DNA from: a bacterium
Lineage (GTDB): Bacteria; SAR324; XYD2-FULL-50-16
Assembly (NCBI GenBank): GCA_032250835.1
Contig: JAVVEA010000004.1
Span: forward strand, 128,001 to 192,000
DNA: 64,000 nt
Reading direction: 5' to 3'
Numbering within the stretch: position 1 is the stretch's first letter; each line of letters opens with the position of its first letter. This document shows, piece by piece, positions 1 to 11,258 of this stretch. Made by a program: the position numbers and the translations under genes. The notes under the pieces were generated by a model that was not told the DNA's origin, ran no database searches, and saw only the letters and a list, made by a program, of their open reading frames with translations.

Positions 1-375
1 GGGTGGGATTCATGACGCCAGATTGGGGGAGCGTTTTGGTCATTGCAAGGTGACTGGACCTACCATAAAAAGTACTAGTCCAAGTCGGTCAGGTCCTTTA
101 TATCATTCCGAGGGCTTGGGGTATGACTATCGGGGGCAAGCTACCTGAAATTACCGTAAAAATCAAAGCACTTTTTGGTGACGTTCCCTGCTGGTATAGG
201 GATTTTGTCGCCTAAAAGTCGCCTGCTGCACGCCTGAAGACCGCTAAAAGCCTATTTTTCCATCTTTAAAGTTGATTGATCCGATCAAGATTTCATACTA
301 TATGATTTCTTCAGGAAGAGGTCCAGAACAAGAAGGCTTTTGGTTATTTCCTTTCTGTACATCTAACGAACCTAT

Positions 376-1794
376 GTGATGCGACTCAATCCTACGTTGG
401 CCGTCTTTCAAGCCCTTTTTTTGGCCCTCTTTTCTCTGCTTATATTGAGCCTAGACCCCAGTGAATTATGGGTTGGGGGTCTGTTGGCTTTATTGGCAGG
501 GGCCGGAATTTTTGGGGCCGCTCGTCTGGGCGCACAGCCGCAACGGGCCCAGGTCCAGGCCGAAGCAAGCTCCGCAGCTCCGGACTGGGTAGAGGAGGTG
601 GACGAAAAACGCCGGATGATATTGTTGGCTGGGGACATTTTTTCGATCAACCAAGAACACCTCAACCGGGGGATCACCCGCCTCAGCAGCACCAGCAACC
701 AAACCCATGATGCCGTTTCGGCCATTGCCGGGGCTTTGGCGCAGCTACGCCAAGGCTCCCAAAGCCTTTCAGAAAAGCTCAAGCAGATCAGCCAAGAATC
801 TCAGGCCGCCCGTCAAGCCAGCGAAGCGGTGGGCCAGGCTATTGAAGAGAGCAACCAAAGGATGGCGGTCATCGCCCAGACTAGCGTAGAAATCGCTAAG
901 ATCGTCGACACCATCGGGGCCATCGCCAATCAGACCAACCTCCTTAGCCTCAATGCCGCCATTGAAGCGGCCAAAGCGGGCGAGCAGGGGCGCGGTTTTT
1001 CGGTGGTGGCCGAAGAGGTGCGTAAATTAGCGACCCGAAGCAACCAGGCGGCAGGCGAGATCCGAAACCTAATCGAGCGCTCTACCCAAGGGGTTGAGTC
1101 CGGCGTGGCTACCATTGGCCGCTTGCGTGAAGGGCTCGCCCCGATCTTTAGCCAACTGGGCCACTTGGCTCAAGATATGGTCCAGATAGACCGGGAATTG
1201 ACCGAACAAGATCAGGCGATCCAAGAGATCCACCTCAGCAGCGAGAGCCTCAACCAGACCGCGAAGCTCAACCATAGTTACTTAAACGAACTTAGCCAGT
1301 CCGCATCGGCCTCTAGTGAAGGGGTGGCCTTGCTCGAAAAGATAGAGGCCTGCTTGAATCCCTTGGTACCCCAAGAGGTCCGAGAAAAGCGTCATTTCCC
1401 TTGGCAGTCCGGTTATTCGATTGGTTTAAAAACCATAGACCGGCAGCATCGGGTCTTGGTTGACTTGATTGATCTTTTGATTGCCGAAAAAAACCGGGAC
1501 CGCGAGAAATCAATCGAGATGGAAGCGATCATGACCGCGCTGCTCAATTACTGCCAAGCGCATTTTGCCTTTGAAGAAGCGGTGATGAACCGGATCGATT
1601 ACCCGGTACAGCGGGACCATAAAGCAATCCATGATCAGTTCTTAGAAGTGGCCTCCAATAAATCCGAAGGGCTCTATCGAGGCCAAACCCACCTGCCAGA
1701 AATTATTGATATTTTAGAAGATTGGCTGATCAAACATATCCAGAAAGAAGACGTCAAATATGTCGCTGCCTTCCGTAACGGGGGCGTCGAATAG
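376..1794 (+). CDS. Methyl-accepting chemotaxis protein with C-terminal bacteriohemerythrin domain
   Basis: Two N-terminal TM segments; MCP hairpin [37 protein letters not shown]; hemerythrin ligands IDRQH, HFAFEE, HKAIH, HIQKED. Confidence 0.9.
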   Translation: MMRLNPTLAVFQALFLALFSLLILSLDPSELWVGGLLALLAGAGIFGAARLGAQPQRAQVQAEASSAAPDWVEEVDEKRRMILLAGDIFSINQEHLNRGITRLSSTSNQTHDAVSAIAGALAQLRQGSQSLSEKLKQISQESQAARQASEAVGQAIEESNQRMAVIAQTSVEIAKIVDTIGAIANQTNLLSLNAAIEAAKAGEQGRGFSVVAEEVRKLATRSNQAAGEIRNLIERSTQGVESGVATIGRLREGLAPIFSQLGHLAQDMVQIDRELTEQDQAIQEIHLSSESLNQTAKLNHSYLNELSQSASASSEGVALLEKIEACLNPLVPQEVREKRHFPWQSGYSIGLKTIDRQHRVLVDLIDLLIAEKNRDREKSIEMEAIMTALLNYCQAHFAFEEAVMNRIDYPVQRDHKAIHDQFLEVASNKSEGLYRGQTHLPEIIDILEDWLIKHIQKEDVKYVAAFRNGGVE

Positions 1795-1831
1795 TACGGC
1801 CCTTTGGCTGGTAGATAGGCTGGGGTGTTTT

Positions 1832-1869
1832 AAAAAACCCGACAGTCCCTAGGGGCTGTCGGGTTTTTT
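1832..1869. terminator. Bidirectional intrinsic terminator
   Basis: AAAAAACCCGACAGTCCC-TA-GGGGCTGTCGGGTTTTTT hairpin with A/T tails between convergent genes. Confidence 0.85.
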
Positions 1870-1872
1870 GAT

Positions 1873-3177
<1,305 letters not shown>

Positions 3178-3954
3178 TTAAAAGCGATAAAAGCCAGTGA
3201 AGTTGAGCATGGTACCGGTGAATTCCAGGCTGGTGCTGGAGCCGTTACCTTGATTGAAGGGGTCATTACTGGTGGTCGCGTCGGGGATCGTGACGTTGCG
3301 CAGCTCTAAGACCATCCCGCCCCTGGGGGTGAACATTACATTGGTGCCGAAGGTGTTGAAGTGGGCTAAGCCTAGAAAGCTGGTCCGGCTGCGGTTGCCG
3401 CTGGTGTCTACGGAACTAAAGTCCCCGTTGAGCGCGCCGATGCCCATGCCTAAAAAGGGCTGGATTCGGTCTTCGGTGACACTGCGGAAGAACACCCGGG
3501 CGTTGACGGTGAACAGGTTAGCGCTCATCTCCACGCTAGAAGCAGCCACCGAACCTTGGCCCGCTAAGACGTCTTCACTCGTAGACGCGAAGTTGGCCCA
3601 CTCTAGGCCCCAGGCCCACCCGCCGACGTAGTTCAAGACTTCAATCGGCGTGATGCGCAAGTAGTTGAGGTTCGCGAAGAAGCTTGAAGGCGCGGCACCT
3701 TTATCAAAGGCGCTTTCGCCGGTAAACTGGGCGTAAGGATGGCGGCTATAGCCATAGTTGACCATCCCGCTGGAGACTTGATGGTAAGCGTCTTTGACGA
3801 AGTTGGGGTCCACCGCCACCCGGCTGATGTTGATCCCTTGAGCCGCTGGGTCGTTGGCCAACACCGGAGGCGCGTCCACATATTCTTGTGCCCAGAGGGG
3901 TGCGGTAAACAAACAACCCAGCAAGGCCAGCATCCAGCTTAAATGCCGCAACAT
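3178..3954 (-). CDS. Putative outer-membrane beta-barrel protein
   Basis: Signal peptide, alternating beta-strand pattern, C-terminal aromatic GFYRF. Confidence 0.6.
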   Translation of the reverse strand: MLRHLSWMLALLGCLFTAPLWAQEYVDAPPVLANDPAAQGINISRVAVDPNFVKDAYHQVSSGMVNYGYSRHPYAQFTGESAFDKGAAPSSFFANLNYLRITPIEVLNYVGGWAWGLEWANFASTSEDVLAGQGSVAASSVEMSANLFTVNARVFFRSVTEDRIQPFLGMGIGALNGDFSSVDTSGNRSRTSFLGLAHFNTFGTNVMFTPRGGMVLELRNVTIPDATTSNDPFNQGNGSSTSLEFTGTMLNFTGFYRF

Positions 3955-3957
3955 GGC

Positions 3958-4581
3958 TTACTCCAAAAACTTACCAATCCGCTCAAGGCGATAGCCCTCA
4001 AAGAGGCTCTTGTCTGAATGGTGGGACCAATAAATGACCACTCCCTTTCCCGCGACGGTGCTTTCGTCCACAAAACCCCAATAGCGAGAATCGCGAGAGT
4101 TGCGGCGGTTGTCGCCCATCACCCATATCTTGCCTTGGGGCACCACGAATTCGCGGTTCATGGGCAGGCCGATCAGGTCGGGGTCGTAGTAGGTAAAAGA
4201 GGCTTCTTCTAGCTCGCCATTGACGTAGACTTTTTCCCCTTCAAGCTTGACCCGGTCACCGCCGACGGCGATAGCGCGTTTGATGAAGTCCGTGCTGGGG
4301 TCTTCTGGGTAAGGGAAGACGATGATGTCATGGCGCTTAACGGGGCTGGTGGCCAGCGTGATGTCCGTTAGGGGAACTACATAGCCATAGGCGTGTTTGT
4401 TCACAAAAATATGGTCACCAATCTCGATGGTATGGATCATCGAGCCCGTGGGCACTCGGTAGGGGGCGTAAAGCCAGGTACGGAACACAAAAGCCACCAC
4501 GGCGGCGAAAAGCAACGCCTCGGTCCATTCGCGGATGGTCTTGTTCTTAATGAACCGTTCCAGATTGATAATCTTTCTCAT
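3958..4581 (-). CDS. lepB: Signal peptidase I
   Basis: VPTGSM (Ser), FIKR (Lys), GDNRRNSRDSRYWG. Confidence 0.95.
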   Translation of the reverse strand: MRKIINLERFIKNKTIREWTEALLFAAVVAFVFRTWLYAPYRVPTGSMIHTIEIGDHIFVNKHAYGYVVPLTDITLATSPVKRHDIIVFPYPEDPSTDFIKRAIAVGGDRVKLEGEKVYVNGELEEASFTYYDPDLIGLPMNREFVVPQGKIWVMGDNRRNSRDSRYWGFVDESTVAGKGVVIYWSHHSDKSLFEGYRLERIGKFLE

Positions 4582-4651
4582 GTAGTTCTGGATAGGATGT
4601 TTGGGTCGAGTTTAAGGTTTAGTTTATTTGCCGGGCAAATACAAGCATTCC

Positions 4652-6217
4652 CTAAGGCCGCTTCCCACGCGCCCGCAGCAATCCCCAGGTTTCCTTTAAC
4701 TCTGAACTTTTGAGCAAAACCATCAGGACCAAATATTGCCCCACCGCCACCAAAGAAAGGGCCAAAAAGCCCAAGACCAGCGGCCAACTGGCCACCAATG
4801 GCAAGAGCTGGACCAGTGTCCAGTAGATCAAAACCGAAGCCCCCAGGCTGCGCGCTAGACTCAAGCCAAAGGCGCGGTCCAGCAGCCCGGTGACCTTAAG
4901 CCGCTTGGAGAAGACCCAAAGCAGCAAGAGGTTTAGCCCCTGGGAAGCGCTCGAAGCCAAGGCGATGCCTAAGTGCCCCATAGACCGAGAAAGCCACAGG
5001 GCCCCGCCTAGATTAGCGAGCATCACGGCCAATGAGATCCAGACGGTGATCTGGATGCGCCGCGCCGACTGATAAACCGCCAAAAAGACCCGGTTGTAGG
5101 CAATGAAGCTTAAGCCCGCAATGTGAAAGACCAGCGCCCCGGCGGTCATGTCAAGGGAGCGTTGGTCGAACTGCCCGCGCAGGAACAATAGCTCGACCAT
5201 CGGGGCGGCCAGTGCCAAGGTCAAGGCGGTGACCGGGAAGGTCACAAAGGAGATCACGCTTAAAGTACGGCGCACCGAATAGACGACTTTGCCGGGTTCC
5301 TCGTCGATGAAGTGGCCCGAGAGCCGCGGCAGGATCACGGTGGTGATGCTGACCACAAAGACGCCTAAGACCAACTCTAGCAAGCGGTTCGAGAAGGTCA
5401 GCGAAGATAAAGCCCCTTCACCGAGCGTCGTGGCGATTAGGTTGCTGATCAAAATATTGATCTGGTAGATGCCCACCCCAAAAAGGGTCGGCAAAATCAG
5501 CCGGAAGACCTCTTTGATTTTGGGGTCGTACAGCCCGGCCTTAAAGAGCCGGAACCCGGCGCGGTGCAGATAAGGCAACTGAAAGGCCAACTGCAAACAG
5601 CCACCCAGCATCACCCCGATGGCAAAAGGCAGGGCCGGGTTTTCGAACCAACCCTGCATCCCCAAAGCCGCGCCCAAGATGGCTAAATTCAGCAAAACCG
5701 GCGTGAGAGCCGAGACCCAAAAGGTCCCCAGGCTGTTTAAGACGCCCTGGGCCACCGCCGCTAGGCTGATTAAGATCATGTAACCAAACATGACCTGGGT
5801 CAAAAACACCGTCGCTTCAAGGGCCTCACCAGAAAAACCCGAAGCAAAAACCTGGGCGACCAGAAAGTCGGCCTGCCAAATAAACAGCAGGGTCAGCAGC
5901 GTCAAAATCAGCGCCAAAATCCAAAAGAAACTACGGGCAAAATCCAAGGCCCGTGCTCGGCTGTCCTTTTTGTCGGCTTCACAAAAGACGGGGATGAAGG
6001 CGTTGGACATGGCCCCTTCGGCGGTCAAACGACGGAACAGGTTGGGCAGCGAAAAGGCTAGGCTGAAGGCGTCTGAATAGAGGCTGGTGCCCAATAGGGC
6101 CGCCCGCACCATCTCACGCAGCAAGCCTAAGACTCGGCTGAGCAGGGTGATGGAGCTAACGCCCAAAATGGAGCGGAGCAGTGATTTGGGCCCGGTGGAC
6201 TTAGGACTCATGGGCAT
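4652..6217 (-). CDS. murJ: Lipid II flippase MurJ/MviN
   Basis: SRVLGLLRE, PNLFRRLTAEGA...FIPVF, RGQFD; multi-TM. Confidence 0.93.
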   Translation of the reverse strand: MPMSPKSTGPKSLLRSILGVSSITLLSRVLGLLREMVRAALLGTSLYSDAFSLAFSLPNLFRRLTAEGAMSNAFIPVFCEADKKDSRARALDFARSFFWILALILTLLTLLFIWQADFLVAQVFASGFSGEALEATVFLTQVMFGYMILISLAAVAQGVLNSLGTFWVSALTPVLLNLAILGAALGMQGWFENPALPFAIGVMLGGCLQLAFQLPYLHRAGFRLFKAGLYDPKIKEVFRLILPTLFGVGIYQINILISNLIATTLGEGALSSLTFSNRLLELVLGVFVVSITTVILPRLSGHFIDEEPGKVVYSVRRTLSVISFVTFPVTALTLALAAPMVELLFLRGQFDQRSLDMTAGALVFHIAGLSFIAYNRVFLAVYQSARRIQITVWISLAVMLANLGGALWLSRSMGHLGIALASSASQGLNLLLLWVFSKRLKVTGLLDRAFGLSLARSLGASVLIYWTLVQLLPLVASWPLVLGFLALSLVAVGQYLVLMVLLKSSELKETWGLLRARGKRP

Positions 6218-6385
6218 AAAATTCAGTTGAGGTTACTTCGCCGAAGGTAACGGTTCCCCAAGGGATTGACCAGCCATCACCGAAAAAAAGATGGGTCTTT
6301 AGGGGGCAACCCCTTGCCAAGGCGTCGAAATGGTACGATTCTTTCTTTACCTACCGGGCTTGAACCGATTTCCCCTTGGTCAAAG

Positions 6386-7705
6386 ATGCAGGTAAAAAAA
6401 TACATCGCCAACGACATGCAAGAAGCGGTGCGGATGATCAAAGACGATCTCGGCAGCAAAGCCGTGATTCTTTCGACCCGCAAAGTCCGCAAAGGCTCTG
6501 GTGCCTTTGGGCTCTTCGGCAAATATGTCTTGGAAGTCACCGCTGCCAAGGACGAGAAGTCCCCTAGTTCGCAGGCCGCCCCGGCCCGATTGAGCGGACT
6601 GATCGAAAAACAGCGCCAAGCCGCACCCGCCTATGAACGCGAGATGCAGGCTAACTCGCCCGAGCCCCGGAGGGAACCTATGCGCGCCACTTCTGCCCCG
6701 GCCTATTCGGGCCTACAAGACGACATCGGAGAACTCAAAGATTTGGTCCTGGAGTTGCGCAAGGGTTCGCGCCGCGAGGCCAACTCCGAAGGCACCGTCA
6801 GCCATCTGCGCTACGAGATCCACGAGCTGAAACAGCTGGTCAACCAGTTGGTTTCTCAGTCCGGCGAACTGCGCAAAGAGGACCTGCACGAAAACCTAAT
6901 CGCTCTATACCAGCAGCTGTGTTTTAACGGCGTCGAAGAAAAATTTGGCCGTAAGCTCTGTGAAGAGGTCCAAAAGAAGATCCCCCGCGAAGAAATCGAA
7001 AACTTCTCTTATGTAAAGATATACCTAGCGCGGATGTTCATGCAGGTGCTGCGGATTGAACCGGCGCCGACTAAAAAAGAATCTAAGTTTAGCCCCAAGG
7101 TGCTCACCTTCTTAGGCCCCACTGGCGTGGGCAAGACCACCACCTTAGCCAAAATCGCCAGTGCCGAGAAGATGAAAAACCCGAAAATCAAGATCGGGCT
7201 GATCACCATCGACACCTACCGGATTGCTGCGGTGGCGCAGCTGCAAGAATATGCGCGGATCATCAAGGTCCCCTGTAAGGTCGTCGCCGAGCCCGAACAA
7301 TTAGAAGAGGTGCTTAAGGAATTCCGGGATATGGATTTGATCCTGATCGATTCGGCGGGACGCAGCCAACGCGACGAGATGCAAATGACCGAACTGCGCG
7401 ACTTTTTTAAAGCCTACGACGAGTTTAAGAACATCTTAGTCTTGAGCGCGACCACCAAGGACTCAGACCTGATCGAGATCACCAAGCGGTTCTCCACGGT
7501 GCCCTTGTCTGGCGTGTTGTTCACCAAGCTAGATGAGTCCACCAACTACGGCTCTATTTTTAACCATGCGATCCGCTTTAAGTTGCCCTTGACCTACCTG
7601 ACGACCGGTCAAAATGTGCCTGACGACATCGAACAGGCGAGCCGAGAGCGGTTGATCGATCTGTTGCTGAATATCTCCGGCGAGGTCCCCGAGCCCGCCA
7701 GTTAA
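6386..7705 (+). CDS. flhF: Flagellar SRP-family GTPase FlhF (start placed at MQVKKY)
   Basis: GPTGVGKTTT, DTYRIAA, DSAGRS, TKLDE, GQNVPDDI. Confidence 0.93.
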   Translation: MQVKKYIANDMQEAVRMIKDDLGSKAVILSTRKVRKGSGAFGLFGKYVLEVTAAKDEKSPSSQAAPARLSGLIEKQRQAAPAYEREMQANSPEPRREPMRATSAPAYSGLQDDIGELKDLVLELRKGSRREANSEGTVSHLRYEIHELKQLVNQLVSQSGELRKEDLHENLIALYQQLCFNGVEEKFGRKLCEEVQKKIPREEIENFSYVKIYLARMFMQVLRIEPAPTKKESKFSPKVLTFLGPTGVGKTTTLAKIASAEKMKNPKIKIGLITIDTYRIAAVAQLQEYARIIKVPCKVVAEPEQLEEVLKEFRDMDLILIDSAGRSQRDEMQMTELRDFFKAYDEFKNILVLSATTKDSDLIEITKRFSTVPLSGVLFTKLDESTNYGSIFNHAIRFKLPLTYLTTGQNVPDDIEQASRERLIDLLLNISGEVPEPAS

Positions 7706-7781
7706 AGATGAGGATTGATTTTTTGAAGACCTCCGAGTCTAATAGGGCCATGAATTACCGGTTCCACCTTTTGGGCAACAT

Positions 7782-8654
7782 ATGAGAGACCAGGCCGCAA
7801 ATTTAAGGGAACAATTTAAGGAACCTACCCCCCAGAAGGTTAGCGGGCAGGGCCTTCGTTCCTTGAGCTTTACCAGCGGCAAGGGCGGCGTGGGCAAAAG
7901 TAACATTGTGGTCAACCTTTCGGTACAGCTGGCCAAGATGGGCAAGAAGGTCCTGCTGCTCGACGCAGACTTAGGGCTCGCCAACATCGACATCATGCTC
8001 AATCTGGTGCCTCAGTTCACCATTGAAGACGTCTTGACCGGCAAAAAGAACGTCAATGAGGTGATCATGACCGGCCCCGAGGGTGTGCATATCTTGCCCG
8101 CTTCCAGCGGCATCACCGAAATGAGCGAATTGACCGGCGACCAGCAACTATCGCTGATCCAAGAGTTGAGCCGCCTCAAAGACGCCTACGACTATATCTT
8201 GATCGACACCGGCGCGGGCATTGCCAGTTCGGTCTTGCGCTTTAATGCCGCCGCCGACGAAGTCTGTGTGGTGACCAACACCGAACCGACCTCCATGACC
8301 GATGCGTACGCCTTGATGAAGATCATGGCGACTAAGTACCAGATCAAGCGTTTTAACTTGATCGTCAATTCGGCGCGGGGCATGGACGAGGCCAAACAGG
8401 TTCACCGGAAGTTAGAGACCGTGTTCAATCAGTTTTTGCCCGTTGAATTGGTTCTGACCGGTTTTATCCCCCGTGACCCCAATATTTCTAAGGCCGTGCG
8501 GGCCCAGACTCCCCTCTCGGTGCTTTACCCCAACAGCCCGACCGCCAAGGCCTTTTACCTGCTGGCAAAGCATTTAGACGCCAACCCCGGCAAAGAAGCC
8601 AACCTAGACCGGCCCAACTTCTTCCAGCGCTTAGGGCTCTGGAACAAGCGCTAA
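7782..8654 (+). CDS. flhG: MinD-like flagellar number regulator FlhG/FleN
   Basis: SGKGGVGKS, DADLGLANID, DTGAGI, EPTSMTDAYALMK; follows flhF. Confidence 0.9.
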   Translation: MRDQAANLREQFKEPTPQKVSGQGLRSLSFTSGKGGVGKSNIVVNLSVQLAKMGKKVLLLDADLGLANIDIMLNLVPQFTIEDVLTGKKNVNEVIMTGPEGVHILPASSGITEMSELTGDQQLSLIQELSRLKDAYDYILIDTGAGIASSVLRFNAAADEVCVVTNTEPTSMTDAYALMKIMATKYQIKRFNLIVNSARGMDEAKQVHRKLETVFNQFLPVELVLTGFIPRDPNISKAVRAQTPLSVLYPNSPTAKAFYLLAKHLDANPGKEANLDRPNFFQRLGLWNKR

Positions 8655-8659
8655 GCCGT

Positions 8660-8926
8660 TCACTTTTCTGCATTCTGATCTTTAGCGACCCTTGCCGCCG
8701 CTTGCACCTGGGCCAACCGTTCGAAGTATTTGGGGTGGTTGGTGCCCATGCACCGATCCCAAAAATTAAAATACAAACCATAGTTGCAGCGCCCAGCCCC
8801 AGGCGGCACCCCCGGCTAGGACCAAATACCGCACCAGCATGGATAAGCCATAACCCAAAAAACCAAGCCCAAATAACCGCCCAGGCTCAAGCCAGGGGGT
8901 AGGTTGTTATGGGTCGGCGACTCCAT
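8660..8926 (-). pseudogene. Degraded sterol desaturase / fatty acid hydroxylase family gene
   Basis: Manual translation gives C-terminal CNYGLYFNFWDRCMGTNHPKY; in-frame TAG at 8816-8818; central His boxes absent. Confidence 0.6.
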
Positions 8927-8937
8927 GGGACTGGCCG

Positions 8938-9411
8938 TTAGTTGGGCGTAGTCAGTAACAAGGGGAGATCGATGCTGACCACTTCAGCGGGGTTTTCTAG
9001 GTTTTTCAGTTCCCCTTGCAGGCGGATGTCTAACATCGAAAGGTCGGCTTTGGCTTGGTTGATGGTTAGACGGAGGTGGCTGGGCAAAAAGTGCTGGCCC
9101 GCCCAGTTAGCGGAGACATCAAAGGAGCCTTGCGGGGCTAGAGCCTGTTGTTGGGTTTCGGCGGCTTGGGTAATCAAGGTTTCGGCCACTTTGAGGTCCA
9201 AATAACCTTGTGCGCCGTGAAGCCGTAGCCCAAGGGCCCGGTGCTGTCCAATCATTTGAGGGCCCACGAGGGCTTCTACTTTGGTGGGGCGGAAGTTGGC
9301 TGGTTCGCTGCGTCGTTCCGCTAAGCCCGGTTGACTGCCGCTGAGGCTAAAAAAAGCCCAACCAGCAAAGAGTATGATCAGGGCACCGATAACAGAATTT
9401 TTGGCTTTCAT
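8938..9411 (-). CDS. Hypothetical exported or membrane-anchored protein
   Basis: 157-aa ORF with N-terminal hydrophobic segment and GGAG RBS. Confidence 0.55.
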   Translation of the reverse strand: MKAKNSVIGALIILFAGWAFFSLSGSQPGLAERRSEPANFRPTKVEALVGPQMIGQHRALGLRLHGAQGYLDLKVAETLITQAAETQQQALAPQGSFDVSANWAGQHFLPSHLRLTINQAKADLSMLDIRLQGELKNLENPAEVVSIDLPLLLTTPN

Positions 9412-9682
9412 TTCTTCTCCTAGTAGGCCCCCGTTGTGTATAGTGATTGCTTGGGTAGATCGTAGGGGCTAAGGTATCTGAAACTACAGCTTACCGCAAA
9501 TAAAATGGGCTGCTATTTAGGTTAGTACCCTAGGTCCCTGTCCGTATGGCTCGGTTCTATTGAGCCCTAGCTGATTCGATTGTAGGCTCTACCCGCTTGC
9601 TTGGTCGGGGGTGCAATCCAAAGGGCTCAAGAATGGGCATAGCGCTTGCTTTGTCAAAGCGATCCTTCAACCTAAAAGGCCG

Positions 9683-10426
9683 ATGTACAACCCTTACGTT
9701 CAACAATCAAAGCCCAGCAAAGAAGACGTGGTCTTGGAATATGCCCCTATGGTCAAGCATATTGCCAACCGCCTCTCGGCCCGGCTGCCCGCTGGAATCC
9801 AGCGGGACGACCTGATCCAAGCAGGGATGATTGGGCTGTTGGAGGCGGCAGAAAAATTCGACGCCAGCCAGGGGAACCTCTTTAAGACCTACGCCGAGCA
9901 CCGCGTCAAAGGCGCTATGCTCGATGACTTACGCTCCAAGGACTGGATCCCCCGTTCGGTGCGCGATAATTCAGCCAAGCTGGAACGCGCCTTTAGTGCG
10001 CTACGGGGCAACAACATCGACCACCCCAACGACAAACAACTTTCCGAAGCCTTAGAGATCGCGCCGAAAGAACTGCCCGAGTTCCTCAACAAGGCCCGCC
10101 CGATCCCTTTGCTTAGCTTAGAGGGCTTAGCCAGCCACGGCACCGGCGAAGAAGAGGAGATGAACCCCCTAGACAGCCTCAGCGACCCCGACGCCATCGG
10201 TGCGGACGAAGGCTTGCTCGGGATGGAAATGAGCGAGTTGCTGCAAGAGGCAATCGAAAAGCTCCCGGAAAAAGAAAAGCTGGTCTTGGCGCTGTATTAC
10301 AACGAGGAGCTAAACCTCAAAGAGATCGGTGCCGTCTTAGACCTGACCGAATCCAGAGTCAGCCAACTGCGCACCAAAGCCATCGGCATGTTGCGCAGTT
10401 TGCTTAAAGAGAGCATGGAAGACTAG
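9683..10426 (+). CDS. fliA: RNA polymerase sigma-28 factor FliA (open frame extends to 9611)
   Basis: DDLIQAGMIGLLEA, GAMLDDLRSKDWIPRSVR, LYYNEELNLKEIGAVLDLTESRVSQL. Confidence 0.95.
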   Translation: MYNPYVQQSKPSKEDVVLEYAPMVKHIANRLSARLPAGIQRDDLIQAGMIGLLEAAEKFDASQGNLFKTYAEHRVKGAMLDDLRSKDWIPRSVRDNSAKLERAFSALRGNNIDHPNDKQLSEALEIAPKELPEFLNKARPIPLLSLEGLASHGTGEEEEMNPLDSLSDPDAIGADEGLLGMEMSELLQEAIEKLPEKEKLVLALYYNEELNLKEIGAVLDLTESRVSQLRTKAIGMLRSLLKESMED

Positions 10427-10440
10427 GACGGCCCCTCCGT

Positions 10441-10914
10441 CTAGGTCCCGGCGGCTTCTAATGCCGCCACATCCAGTTTCACCATCTTCAACATCGCCGC
10501 CATCACCGCTTCTTTGCGCTGTGGGTCTGCAAACAACTCGTTTAAGCGGCTCGGCACCACTTGCCAAGTAACGCCAAAGCGGTCGGTCAGCCAGCCGCAT
10601 TGTTGGGCCTGCCCACCTTCAAGCAACGTTTCCCAATAATAATCGACCTCCGCTTGGTCAGCGCAGTCGATCACCCACGAAATTGCAGAGGTAAATTGAA
10701 AGACATTACCGCCATTGAGGGCCATAAAAGGCTGGCCGTCCAATTCGAAGTCGATGCTCAGCACCGAGCCGGGCACACCGCCGGTGATCTCCTGTCCGGT
10801 TTTCGGGTAGTAGGTCGTTGCGAGGATGCGGGAGTTCTTAAAAAGACGACAATAAAACTCGGCGGCCTCGGCGGCTTGGTGGTCGAACCACAAACAGGGG
10901 GTTATTCGGTTCAT
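10441..10914 (-). CDS. VOC/PhnB-like family protein
   Basis: ITPCLWFD, FMALNGG, QAEVDYYW, CGWLTDRFGVTWQVVP. Confidence 0.85.
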   Translation of the reverse strand: MNRITPCLWFDHQAAEAAEFYCRLFKNSRILATTYYPKTGQEITGGVPGSVLSIDFELDGQPFMALNGGNVFQFTSAISWVIDCADQAEVDYYWETLLEGGQAQQCGWLTDRFGVTWQVVPSRLNELFADPQRKEAVMAAMLKMVKLDVAALEAAGT

Positions 10915-10980
10915 TTTGAAGCTCCTTCAAAGGGTTCTCTGTCAGTATAGAAAACCAGCAACCCAAAATCCACAATTGTT

Positions 10981-11093
10981 TAAAACTCCGCAAAGTAATC
11001 AAAAACCGCCAGGGCGTCTTTGTCACGGAGGCCCGCCTTGGTGGCCGCCTTGGCGCGTAGTTTGCGGTGGTGGGTTATGGCGAAGCGGTGGGC
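10981..11093 (-). repeat. Direct-repeat copy of the uvrC 3' end with a 114-bp internal deletion
   Basis: 10981-11035 matches 14681-14735 and 11029-11093 matches 14843-14907, joined at the shared heptamer AGGCCCG. Confidence 0.9.
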
Positions 11094-11239
11094 GGCAAGC
11101 GAGTCAAGAACCAAGTCGAACCGAAAGCAAACCTCTTGGAGCACCTGAAAAGCGCTCCAAAAGGAGTGCGAAAGTTCGGATTTTTTTAAAAATATTTTAT
11201 GGGGCGTGAATAGGGAAATTATACGCTGGCCGGAGTAAT
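11091..11239 (+). mobile_element. IS630-family remnant (transposase C-terminus and right end)
   Basis: Frameshifted KRVKNQVEPKANLLEHLKS / SAKVRIFLKIFYGA*; ends TGGCCGGAGTAAT; inverted homolog of 14449-14637. Confidence 0.65.
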
Positions 11240-11258
11240 GACCGGACCCTGCCGCAGC

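Noticed and set aside
272-288. TTGAT...ATCAA resembling an FNR box upstream of the MCP gene
   Set aside because: Spacer is 3 or 7 nt, not the required 4
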